A DNA stretch of 64,000 bases from Candidatus Latescibacterota bacterium (GTDB lineage: Bacteria; Latescibacterota; UBA2968; UBA8231): assembly GCA_965200315.1 (NCBI GenBank), contig OZ241362.1, forward strand, positions 3,872,001 to 3,936,000. Direction: 5' to 3'. Of the stretch, positions 30,714-38,884 are shown piece by piece. Below the pieces are notes generated by a model. It was given only the letters and a program-made list of their open reading frames with translations, was not told the DNA's origin and made no database searches. Each line of letters starts with the position of its first letter. Within the stretch, counting starts at the first letter, position 1. Position numbers and translations under genes: made by a program.

Positions 30714-31052
30714 ATGGAACTGTTGCACGAAAAAACCTTCCCCCCCGACTCTACCGAGGCCAAAGTCGTAGCCGTGCTCAAGACCTGCTACGACCCCGAG
30801 ATTCCGGTCGATATCTTTGCCCTCGGCCTAATCTACGACATCGAGGTCAGCGACTCGCAGGACGTCCACGTGACCATGACCTTGACCTCGCCAGCCTGTC
30901 CGGTCGCTGGTACGCTACCGCCAGAAATTGAGCACAAAATCAAGGACCATGTCCCGGGCATCGCCACGGCCTTGGTCGAGGTCGTGTGGGATCCGCCGTG
31001 GACGATCGACATGATGACCGAGGGGGCCAAACTCGAACTAGGCATGATGTAG
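30714..31052 (+). CDS. sufT: DUF59/SufT Fe-S assembly protein
   Basis: YDPEIPVDI..LGLIY, MTLTSPACP, VWDPPW. Confidence 0.88.
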   Translation: MELLHEKTFPPDSTEAKVVAVLKTCYDPEIPVDIFALGLIYDIEVSDSQDVHVTMTLTSPACPVAGTLPPEIEHKIKDHVPGIATALVEVVWDPPWTIDMMTEGAKLELGMM

Positions 31053-31056
31053 AAAG

Positions 31057-31116
31057 GCAGTGGTTAGTGATCAGTGGCCGGTAATCAGTCCGGGGCCACT
31101 GGCTACTGACCTCTGC
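31057..31116. repeat. Imperfect inverted repeat built from 7-mer units
   Basis: GCAGTGGTTAGTGATCAGTGGCC (31057-31079) versus GGCCACTGGCTACTGACCTCTGC (31094-31116). Confidence 0.55.
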
Positions 31117-31133
31117 TCAGTGGAGAGATTGTT

Positions 31134-31577
31134 ATGAAACTCAACTCGAGCGAAGAATACGGCTTGCGTTGCCTCTTGCAACTAGCGCGCCAAGCCCCCG
31201 GCAGCCTGACCATCCCGGAAATCAGCCAAGCCGAGGGCATCACCCATCACAACGTCGCCAAGCTCTTGCGCATTCTCCGGCAGGGCGGCTTTGTGGCAAG
31301 CGCCCGCGGCCAGCAAGGCGGCTACGCCCTCGCCAAGCCCCCCCACCAAATCCCCGTAGCTGACGCGCTCGCCACGCTGGGTGGTCGCCTCTTCGACGAC
31401 GATTTCTGCGATCACTTTGCCGGCAGCGCGGATTGCTGTACACACTCGCTCACCGCGTGCTCGGTGCGCGCCCTGTGGGGGCAAGTGCAGCAGGCCGTCG
31501 ATCAAATTTTATCGCGCACAACCCTCGCCGACCTGCTGGAGGCCGACGAAGAGGCCCTGCTCGATATATCGGCTTAG
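31134..31577 (+). CDS. Rrf2-family (IscR-like) transcriptional regulator
   Basis: EYGLRCLLQLA, SARGQQGGYALAK, Cys cluster FCDHF...DCCTH...ACSV. Confidence 0.92.
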   Translation: MKLNSSEEYGLRCLLQLARQAPGSLTIPEISQAEGITHHNVAKLLRILRQGGFVASARGQQGGYALAKPPHQIPVADALATLGGRLFDDDFCDHFAGSADCCTHSLTACSVRALWGQVQQAVDQILSRTTLADLLEADEEALLDISA

Positions 31578-31592
31578 AGATAGTACGCTAAG

Positions 31593-33115
31593 ATGAAAAA
31601 AGTTTTGCTGTGCTGGATTGGCACTACAGATTTGTGTGCCTCACAAGGCGATGATGTTGGCCAGGGTCCTATTGCACAGGCCGTGGAGCAGCGCGGGTTT
31701 GACGAGGTATTTTTGATCTCAAACTACTTGGAGCGAGAGGACCAGTATCCGTGTAGCCGCGTACGTCGAATGGGCAAAGAAACGGAGCTCGACGCCACAC
31801 CAATTATATGAGGAGAAGCTATCAGGCCCGACCCATTTCGGCGAAATCTACAAAGCGGCGAGGCGCGTTTGCGAAAAGGCTTTGGGCGGACAGCACGATC
31901 AAGTGGAATTGACGTTTCACCTGAGTCCTGGGACGCCGGCCATGGCCGCGGTGTGGATCATCTTAGCGAAAACGCGCTTTCCCGCTGAATTGATTGAGTC
32001 TTCAAGAGAATACGGCGTTCAAACAGCGTCTGTTCCCTTCGATATTTCGGCCGAATTCTTGCCCGATCTCTTACGCAAACCCGACGCCCAACTCCGCTCG
32101 GCCAGCGCAGAGAAACCCACAGAATCGGCAAGTTTTGCCAACATACTCTACCGCAGTCCGATCATGGCGCGTTTGGTCAAAAAAGCGCAGCGAGTCGCAG
32201 TGCGGAACGTTCCCGTTTTGCTCGAAGGCGAATCCGGCACCGGGAAAGAGCTTTTTGCCCGCGCCATTCACAAAGACAGTCTGCGAAAGAATAAACCGTT
32301 TATCGCGGTAAACTGCGGTGCAATTCCGCCAAGTCTCGTAGAATCCGAACTGTTTGGACATGAAAAAGGCGCGTTTACCGGCGCAAATGCGCCGGCGCAA
32401 AGGTCATTTTGAAGCGGCCAATAGTGGGACGCTCTTTTTGGATGAAATCGGCGAGTTGCCCAAAGACATGCAGGTCAAATTGTTGCGCGTCCTCCAAGAG
32501 GGCGAGGTCGTCCGCCTCGGTGCATCCGAACCTATTTCCGTAAATGTACGCATTGTGGTGGCAACTAACCGGAATCTCGTGGAGGAAGTGCGCGAAGGAC
32601 GATTTCGCGAGGACTTGTTTTATCGGATTGCCGTGGCCTATCTCAAAGTGCCGCCCTTGCGGGACCGCGAGGGAGATGTGGGGCGGCTGATTGACCATTT
32701 GGTTGAACAGATCAACCAAGAAAACGAAAAACAGTCCGGACAGCCCGGCTATAAACGTAAAGAAATTTCCGCTGGAGCAAGAAATCTTCTTCTAAATCAC
32801 TCTTGGCCGGGCAATATACGCGAATTGCAAAACACACTGAGACGCGCCATGGTGTGGGCCGACGGCGAAATGCTCGACAAACAAGATATTGAAGAGGCAC
32901 TCTTGCCCCCTTACGACAAGGGCGGCGATATACTGAACCGCCCATTAGGTGGGGGATTTAGTCTAGAAGAGCTCCTTGGCGAAGTGGCCAGACACTATCT
33001 TCAGCGTGCCAACCAAGCGGCTGCGACGAAAAAGAAAGCGGCTGAACTAGTGGGAGCAACGAGTCCGCAGACATTTACCAACTGGCTGGCGAAGTACAAG
33101 GTGGAATGGACGTGA
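31593..33115 (+). pseudogene. Sigma-54-dependent activator with N-terminal CARF/RtcR-like sensor; two +1 frameshifts
   Basis: Fragments join as VLLCWIGTTDL..GPI / ..[34 protein letters not shown] / KGHFE..LFLDEIGEL..FREDLFYR..WPGNIREL..HTH. Shifts near 31730-31745 and 32388-32393. Confidence 0.85.
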
Positions 33116-33156
33116 GGTTTGGGGCAGGCCCTAGTTGTGCCGGCTTTACTCGCAAC

Positions 33157-33188
33157 GGTGAGTATCGAGTGATACTCACCATTTTTTT
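33157..33188 (+). terminator. Rho-independent terminator
   Basis: GGTGAGTATC-gagt-GATACTCACC followed by ATTTTTTT. Confidence 0.85.
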
Positions 33189-33488
33189 GTCTGATAAGTA
33201 ACCTCACCTAGGTGCGCGAGCGTTCTGCCCCCTGTGCAAGCCTCTGGCTCGCGCACCCAAGGGCAGGAGAAAAGACCGGCATGTAGAGCAGGCGTCGTGT
33301 ACTTAGGTCTGGAAAACTAATTTGATAGACCGAAATCATCTAAAAAATTACGCTGACGCAAAAAAATTTACGTTCAATCACCGCCTCGATCTGAATTAGC
33401 GAAGAGGCCAGCGCGTTTCGGGCGTGAAGATTGGCACAAAACAAGGAAAAGTTGCCAAAGATCGAAAAAAATCAGGTTCAACTCGAAT

Positions 33489-33503
33489 TGGCACGGTATT
33501 TGC
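33489..33503 (+). promoter_or_regulatory. Sigma-54 (-24/-12) promoter
   Basis: TGGCAC-GGTAT-TTGC, exact consensus spacing, about 370 bp downstream of the sigma-54 activator gene. Confidence 0.85.
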
Positions 33504-33560
33504 GAGTAAATAGCGCGTAAACCAACTCCTAACTCTCAAATAGAAAGGAGGTAATCAATT

Positions 33561-33632
33561 ATGTGGCCAGCCATATTCCTCACATTGTTTATATATGCCG
33601 GCGAACGCATCATCGACAAGATCCTTGATTAG
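33561..33632 (+). CDS. Micro-ORF 1, 23-aa hydrophobic/amphipathic peptide MWPAIFLTLFIYAGERIIDKILD
   Basis: SD AGAAAGGAGGT 8 nt upstream; first ORF after the sigma-54 promoter; below the ORF-track cutoff. Confidence 0.6.
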   Translation: MWPAIFLTLFIYAGERIIDKILD

Positions 33633-33730
33633 CGGCTTTATAGCGTAGAGCTCAACATCTCGCAGGGCAGCACCAACTCGTTGCCCTGCGATGATTCATC
33701 CCTTTAAGCCTCAATAGAAAGGAGCCGATA

Positions 33731-33889
33731 ATGGCGCGAAGAATTCGCAGCGACGCACGAATAAGAACCGTCGAGAAGAAGCTGGGCATCGGGAACAGCC
33801 TTACGAACCCCAACGGACGAAATGCTCGTTCCGATAAAAAACTTGGGAACCTGCGTAAGAGTTGGGAGAAATCTGGTAGGAAGAAATGA
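33731..33889 (+). CDS. Micro-ORF 2, 52-aa basic protein MARRIRSDARIRTVEKKLGIGNSLTNPNGRNARSDKKLGNLRKSWEKSGRKK
   Basis: SD AGAAAGGAG 6 nt upstream; internally duplicated RSD motif. Confidence 0.72.
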   Translation: MARRIRSDARIRTVEKKLGIGNSLTNPNGRNARSDKKLGNLRKSWEKSGRKK

Positions 33890-33925
33890 GGTATCGCAAA
33901 TACTATAATGAAAGGAGGTGATTCT

Positions 33926-34003
33926 ATGAAAAAATGGCTACCACTTGCTATCCAGATAGCTATTGCCCTGCTAGACAATTGGCCGTCGAAGCGGCACTCG
34001 TAG
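33926..34003 (+). CDS. Micro-ORF 3, 25-aa hydrophobic peptide MKKWLPLAIQIAIALLDNWPSKRHS
   Basis: SD AAAGGAGGTGA 4 nt upstream; followed by a GC hairpin. Confidence 0.6.
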   Translation: MKKWLPLAIQIAIALLDNWPSKRHS

Positions 34004-34016
34004 CGTGGGCACTTAT

Positions 34017-34044
34017 CGGGGGCGGGGATTCATGCCCGCCCCCG
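34017..34044 (+). terminator. GC-rich hairpin closing the micro-ORF unit
   Basis: CGGGGGCGGG-gattcatg-CCCGCCCCCG; weak U-tract. Confidence 0.55.
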
Positions 34045-34055
34045 GGTACAGTTTC

Positions 34056-34084
34056 TTGACAAAGCGGCTAGTTGATTATAGACT
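34056..34084 (+). promoter_or_regulatory. Sigma-70 promoter for the ATPase gene pair
   Basis: TTGACA-N17-TAGACT, 32 bp upstream of ATG 34117. Confidence 0.75.
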
Positions 34085-34116
34085 AGCATTCTTTCCCCTG
34101 AACTTGAGAGAACATC

Positions 34117-35640
34117 ATGGCTCTTACATCTATTACCATAGAAAACTTTAAGTGCATCGGCGACGCCGTGACCATTCCCATCCGCCCGATCACCTTGCTG
34201 TTTGGCAAAAACAGCTCGGGGAAATCGACGGTGTTGCAAGCCCTGTTATATATGCGAGAACGATTTATACCTTTCCATCAAGGCGAGACATTTGGCGTGG
34301 CAATCGCTCCGAGGGATTTGAAACCTATGAAAAACATACCTATTACGCTGGGAGACTTCCCTTCCTTAGTACATCGCCATGATATGAATCGAAAGATCCG
34401 TATCTGTCTTGAATTTGACTTAAAGGGAAAAAAATATGATTCTGTGGAGATAGAATTAGTAGTGGGTTGGGATGAAACAAAACAGATTGATTCTGTTGAG
34501 TCATATACATACACTTTGAATGGTGAAAAATCATTTCATGCTTTGAAAAAATCCCATCCGCTAGCTAAAGATCAGCAACTGAATGAGATAGAGGGTCGTC
34601 ATTATTCTATATCTGACGACAAACACGATGAGGAAGGATATGTATTTTTTTCAAATGGGGATTCTTCAATTATAAAAAAAACAGAAGAGTCCCCCTCAAA
34701 GACGCCTGAATCATACAAGTATAGACCTCGATTGGATTTAAGAGAGTGTCTTAATGACATTATAAAAGAATTAAACGACACTCGGCATATAGGCCCAACC
34801 CGAGAAGTGCCTCCTCGTCATTATATTGCACTCCAAAGGTCTGATGAGTCTCGGTGGGGAACCGGACTGGCAGCTTGGGATGCAATAGCACAAGATGCAG
34901 AATTGGCCAAAAAAGTAAATAGCTATGCTAAAAAGTTAAAACTTGGATACAGTTTCTTGCAGTCAACTAGAGTTTATCTTGATTTGAACGGCGAAATTAT
35001 AGCATATCTAAAGGAAATCTGCTCCTCTGATAAAGATATTAAAGTTAGTAACCTAAAAGAGCACGTTCTCGATCCTCTTGAGTCGCTATCTCGCCAGTAT
35101 CCGGTTCTACTTCAGGATGAAAACAGCAGTATAGAAGTACATCCCTTAGATGTTGGTTCTGGCATTTCTCAAGTCTTTCCGGTTCTCGTAGGTGCGCTAG
35201 ACCATAGTTCTAAAATATTTGCGGTTGAACAGCCGGAGCTTCATATTCATCCTGCTGTTCAAGTGGCATTAGGCGATATGTTTATTGATGGCATACGAAA
35301 TAGCAATCGCCCTATGCTCATCGAAACGCATTCTGAGCACTTGCTGTTGCGACTACTGCGGCGCGTACGTGAGACTAACATTCAAAACGAGAAAAAGTAC
35401 GAATGGAGACAAAGTGAAATGACCCCGCTGGTACGGGAGATGTCAGAGGACGCTATTCGGGACGCAGAAAACCAAAACTCGAAGGCTCACCAATTGACGC
35501 CAGAGGAGTTATCTGTGGTTTATGTTCGACCAACGCCAGAAGGAGTTAAATTCATCCCAATCAGCGTAACGCATGACGGAGACTTCTATGCCCCTTGGCC
35601 AGAAGGCTTCTTCGACGAACGCGTGAAGGAGCTTTTCTAA
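34117..35640 (+). CDS. ABC-type ATPase (AAA_15/AAA_21-like) with C-terminal DUF3696-like motif
   Basis: IENFKCI, GKNSSGKST, GSGISQ, VEQPELHIHP, IETHSEH, WPEGFFD; AT-rich DNA. Confidence 0.88.
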   Translation: MALTSITIENFKCIGDAVTIPIRPITLLFGKNSSGKSTVLQALLYMRERFIPFHQGETFGVAIAPRDLKPMKNIPITLGDFPSLVHRHDMNRKIRICLEFDLKGKKYDSVEIELVVGWDETKQIDSVESYTYTLNGEKSFHALKKSHPLAKDQQLNEIEGRHYSISDDKHDEEGYVFFSNGDSSIIKKTEESPSKTPESYKYRPRLDLRECLNDIIKELNDTRHIGPTREVPPRHYIALQRSDESRWGTGLAAWDAIAQDAELAKKVNSYAKKLKLGYSFLQSTRVYLDLNGEIIAYLKEICSSDKDIKVSNLKEHVLDPLESLSRQYPVLLQDENSSIEVHPLDVGSGISQVFPVLVGALDHSSKIFAVEQPELHIHPAVQVALGDMFIDGIRNSNRPMLIETHSEHLLLRLLRRVRETNIQNEKKYEWRQSEMTPLVREMSEDAIRDAENQNSKAHQLTPEELSVVYVRPTPEGVKFIPISVTHDGDFYAPWPEGFFDERVKELF

Positions 35641-35642
35641 TA

Positions 35643-36608
35643 ATGATCTGTGAATACGCCTTGGAGCCAGAACTTGTCGCAACGTGGTACGACGATCTAC
35701 ATTACCACTACTTTATCACACGTTTCGGTTTTGATCCTCAGGATGGTCGCGCAACGGGCCGTGTAGTAACTCAATATCCCAGCAGGAGTTGGAAGAAAAA
35801 AGTCTGGAATGCGTTTAATGCAAACTCTGGACAATCTAACTCCCGAATTGAACGGGGACGGATTACAGAGCTACTGAAACAGTTGGGGACACCAAGTACC
35901 AGTCGTTCCGCCAACACTTGGAAAGATCATCAATCTTGGCTTGAAAATGCTGAACAAGAGAATAAACGTCATCCATTTCATGCGATTTTGGCCCTTGACA
36001 ACCCACGAAACAATCCCCAAGTCGTGCGTGGGAACGATATGATCGAGAAGCCCCCGCCTCCAATTTGGCAGGTGCCTGGTGAAACCCCGATACAGAGTTC
36101 TGCTATTTCAATGGCAACACGCCTCGAGCCAATGCTGCGCTGTGCAACGCGAATACTCTTTATTGATCCATATTTTAGGGCGTCAGAATCGAGATGGCAG
36201 GACCCTTTACAAGAGTTCCTAAAGATCATCTGTGACGGTAGCCGTGAGGTTACACTCGAATACCACGCTTCAGCCAGCTACAAAGGGGCACCGAGTTGGA
36301 AACATTTTTCTAGGGAATGCCGATGTCGTCTTAGCCCTCTCATCCCCCAGGGTTTCACGCTCACTGTCCATCGTTGGGAGAATAGGAATAACGGACAACA
36401 GTTACATAATCGCTATATCCTTACTGACATCGGCGGCGTACTGTTCGGCGCCGGGCTCGCCGAAAGCGCTCCATATGATAAAGATGATATCCACCGCTTA
36501 TCCTATGAAGCCTGGCAGCAACGGTTAAATGATTACGGCAATTCTAATCCTGCATTTGATCCGGATCCGGATGGAGATCCAATAGTTATCAGAGGCACTA
36601 AACCATGA
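35643..36608 (+). CDS. Uncharacterised ATPase partner with PLD-like C-terminal motifs
   Basis: ATG 2 nt after the ATPase stop; MICEYALEPE, FIDPYF, LHNRYILTDIGGVLFGAGL. Confidence 0.65.
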   Translation: MICEYALEPELVATWYDDLHYHYFITRFGFDPQDGRATGRVVTQYPSRSWKKKVWNAFNANSGQSNSRIERGRITELLKQLGTPSTSRSANTWKDHQSWLENAEQENKRHPFHAILALDNPRNNPQVVRGNDMIEKPPPPIWQVPGETPIQSSAISMATRLEPMLRCATRILFIDPYFRASESRWQDPLQEFLKIICDGSREVTLEYHASASYKGAPSWKHFSRECRCRLSPLIPQGFTLTVHRWENRNNGQQLHNRYILTDIGGVLFGAGLAESAPYDKDDIHRLSYEAWQQRLNDYGNSNPAFDPDPDGDPIVIRGTKP

Positions 36609-36679
36609 GAAAAGAAACAAGAGGCGGGCACATCCATTAAGACTTGTCACGCACAACGGGCTATAAGCGTTAACCCCCC

Positions 36680-37522
36680 TCACCCCCTAAACCCATCCTC
36701 CTCCCCCTCGGCCCGATGCCTGTACAGCAGCTTGACCGCCTCCGGCAGAGCCTCGTAGGCCGCCCGCGGCACAATCGCATTGTTGCGCCCGCCAAATTCC
36801 ACGCTCAACCACCACGGACAATAGCGCGTGATAATAGCCACCCTCGGCTCCGGGCTGGGGTTCGCCGCGGTCGAATGCCAAATTCGGCTGTCCATCACCA
36901 GCGCACTGCCCGCCGGGCCGACGACCTGGATCTCCCCGCGAATCGGCTTGAACTGATCGATCCGCTCTTTTAGCCCTTCGGGCGTCTGGTGCATCCGCGG
37001 ATTGAGCGGGTCGCGGTGGCTGCGCGGCACCACCCACGTCCCGCCCGTCTGCGGGCCAAACGGCGACAACATCCACAACACCGATAGCTGCATGGTCGCG
37101 TCCGGGAAGGGCTGCGCCACCCGGCCGGCAAAGTCCCGGTCGGTCAGGTCGTGTGGCCAATCCGAGTGAAAGCCGCGCCAGTCCAAGTCTTCGCGGTCGG
37201 GCACTTGCGTCTTAAACTCGGTCTGCGCGATCCGCACGTGCCCGCCAAAGACCGCCTGAGCCACCCCCAACAAACGCTCGTCGCCCAAATACGGAGCAAA
37301 CGCCGGCAAATACGCGATCAAGCAAACGCCCGGCTCGCCGTTGGGGCCGGTCTGCCGCCCGATGTGCCCGCCCATAGCCTCGTAGTCCTGCTGCGCCTTT
37401 GCGTGCGCTTCTTGCACGTGCGCCCGCACACGGTCTATGGCGTCCTCTGGAATAATTCGCTCCAAGACGCACCAACCCTCGCGGCGCAATTGATCCACTT
37501 TCTCCTTTATCTCAGCGTCCAT
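36680..37522 (-). CDS. Phytanoyl-CoA dioxygenase (PhyH) family Fe(II)/2OG enzyme
   Basis: EGWCVL, FHSD (HxD), GGTWVVPRSH, DSRIWHST; start taken at MDAEIK. Confidence 0.88.
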   Translation of the reverse strand: MDAEIKEKVDQLRREGWCVLERIIPEDAIDRVRAHVQEAHAKAQQDYEAMGGHIGRQTGPNGEPGVCLIAYLPAFAPYLGDERLLGVAQAVFGGHVRIAQTEFKTQVPDREDLDWRGFHSDWPHDLTDRDFAGRVAQPFPDATMQLSVLWMLSPFGPQTGGTWVVPRSHRDPLNPRMHQTPEGLKERIDQFKPIRGEIQVVGPAGSALVMDSRIWHSTAANPSPEPRVAIITRYCPWWLSVEFGGRNNAIVPRAAYEALPEAVKLLYRHRAEGEEDGFRG

Positions 37523-37541
37523 AAGACCTCTCATTTCCCGG

Positions 37542-37570
37542 TTGCCGAAGCAGTCACGTACTGCTATACT
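37542..37570 (+). promoter_or_regulatory. Putative sigma-70 promoter
   Basis: TTGCCG-N17-TATACT in the divergent intergenic gap. Confidence 0.5.
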
Positions 37571-37613
37571 AGCCACATAGCGAATGTATCCCATCCTTTC
37601 CCCGGCCCTCCTA

Positions 37614-38882
37614 ATGCACATCACCGACATCGAAGTCCACGCCATCTGCCCGCCGTATTGCGACTTCAACGCCCTACAGTTGGCCCGCTACCACGGCGCA
37701 CGCATCCAACGCCGCGCCATCCTCGTCGTCCACACCGACAACGGCCTAGAGGGCCTCGGCGAGACCATCGGCGACGCACCCGACAGCGACGCCTTGCGCG
37801 CCAAATACATCGGAACCTCGCCCTTTGACTGGATCAACGCCGAGCAGGACCTCGCCATGAACATGGCTTGCTACGACCTAATGGGCAAGCACCTCGGCAT
37901 CCCTGTGTGGAAACTGATCGGCCCCAAGGTCCGCTCGTGGATTCCGATCGCCGCTTGGACCGTGGCCCAAGCCCCAGACGCCATGGCCGAAGAAGTGCGC
38001 CAAGCTGCCGCTCGCGGCTATCACTGGATCAAATACCACGTCGATGAAATGCAGGACGTCATCGCCCAAACCGAGGCCATGCAGGAGGCCGCCCCACCCT
38101 ATTTCAAGGTCCACTACGACTTCAACGCCAACAGCAACTACTACACCATGCGCACCATTCTCGCCGAGTTGGTCAAATTCCGCGTCGCCGGGCGCTTTGA
38201 AGACGTAGTCCAAGGCACGGACGAAGATGCCTACCGCATGTTGCGCGAGCAGTGCCCGCTGCCCATCATCGGCCATCACGTCCCGGCCGAAGCCATGACC
38301 AAGCGCTACGTCGATGGAACCATGGCCGGGCACGCTCCCATCGGCAGTGCCGTCAAGCAAGCCGCCATTGCCGAGCGGCTCAACATGCCCCTCATGTACC
38401 AACAGACCGGCGGCACCATCAACCAAGCCTTCTTGGCCCACGAAGTCGCGGTTTTCAAAATGGCCACCATCGACCACGTCAATTGCTGCCACCTGTGGCA
38501 GGAGGACGTGGTCAAAGACCCCATGCCTGTAGTCGACGGCAGCGTCGCCGTGCCCGCCGGACCGGGTTTGGGGGTCGAACTCGATCGCGCACAATTGAAA
38601 AAATTGGCCAGCGCGGCTCCGATCGCTAAAGGCCGCTTCTTGATCCGCATCCACTCCGCAGGCGGTCTCACCGCGTATGTGCGCCACGACCCCGAGCCGA
38701 GCGGCTCTACCGACAATCTGCGCTTCCACGACCGCCTGCACCGCCAAGGTATCCCCGGCCGACCGCCTTCGTACGCCAACCCGCTCACCACTGAATTCTG
38801 GGACGCGGACAAAGACCCCGAGCACTTTGAGGAGCTCTGGCAGGCTACGGCCGACGGCCCTTTATGGAAAGAGGAAGGTTAG
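37614..38882 (+). CDS. Mandelate racemase/muconate lactonising enzyme family (enolase superfamily)
   Basis: VHTDNGLEGLGE, YDLMGKHLGIPVWKLIG, IKYH, YDFN, PAGPGLGVELD. Confidence 0.88.
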   Translation: MHITDIEVHAICPPYCDFNALQLARYHGARIQRRAILVVHTDNGLEGLGETIGDAPDSDALRAKYIGTSPFDWINAEQDLAMNMACYDLMGKHLGIPVWKLIGPKVRSWIPIAAWTVAQAPDAMAEEVRQAAARGYHWIKYHVDEMQDVIAQTEAMQEAAPPYFKVHYDFNANSNYYTMRTILAELVKFRVAGRFEDVVQGTDEDAYRMLREQCPLPIIGHHVPAEAMTKRYVDGTMAGHAPIGSAVKQAAIAERLNMPLMYQQTGGTINQAFLAHEVAVFKMATIDHVNCCHLWQEDVVKDPMPVVDGSVAVPAGPGLGVELDRAQLKKLASAAPIAKGRFLIRIHSAGGLTAYVRHDPEPSGSTDNLRFHDRLHRQGIPGRPPSYANPLTTEFWDADKDPEHFEELWQATADGPLWKEEG

Positions 38883-38884
38883 AG

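Noticed and set aside
33191-33266. Self-cleaving ribozyme (hammerhead or HDV-like)
   Set aside because: CTGATAA is not CUGANGA, and the P3/P1.1 elements of HDV-like folds are missing.
33432-33456. Second TGGCAC as another sigma-54 promoter
   Set aside because: No TTGC at the required spacing; kept only as a possible operator palindrome.
33652-33978. 108-aa minus-strand ORF over the micro-ORFs
   Set aside because: No RBS or promoter support, whereas the plus strand has a promoter and three strong SD-ATG pairs.
37878-38825. Long antisense ORFs (37878-38825, 45328-46179, 5165-5944, 12178-12933, 17456-18157)
   Set aside because: Typical high-GC shadow frames opposite well-supported genes.
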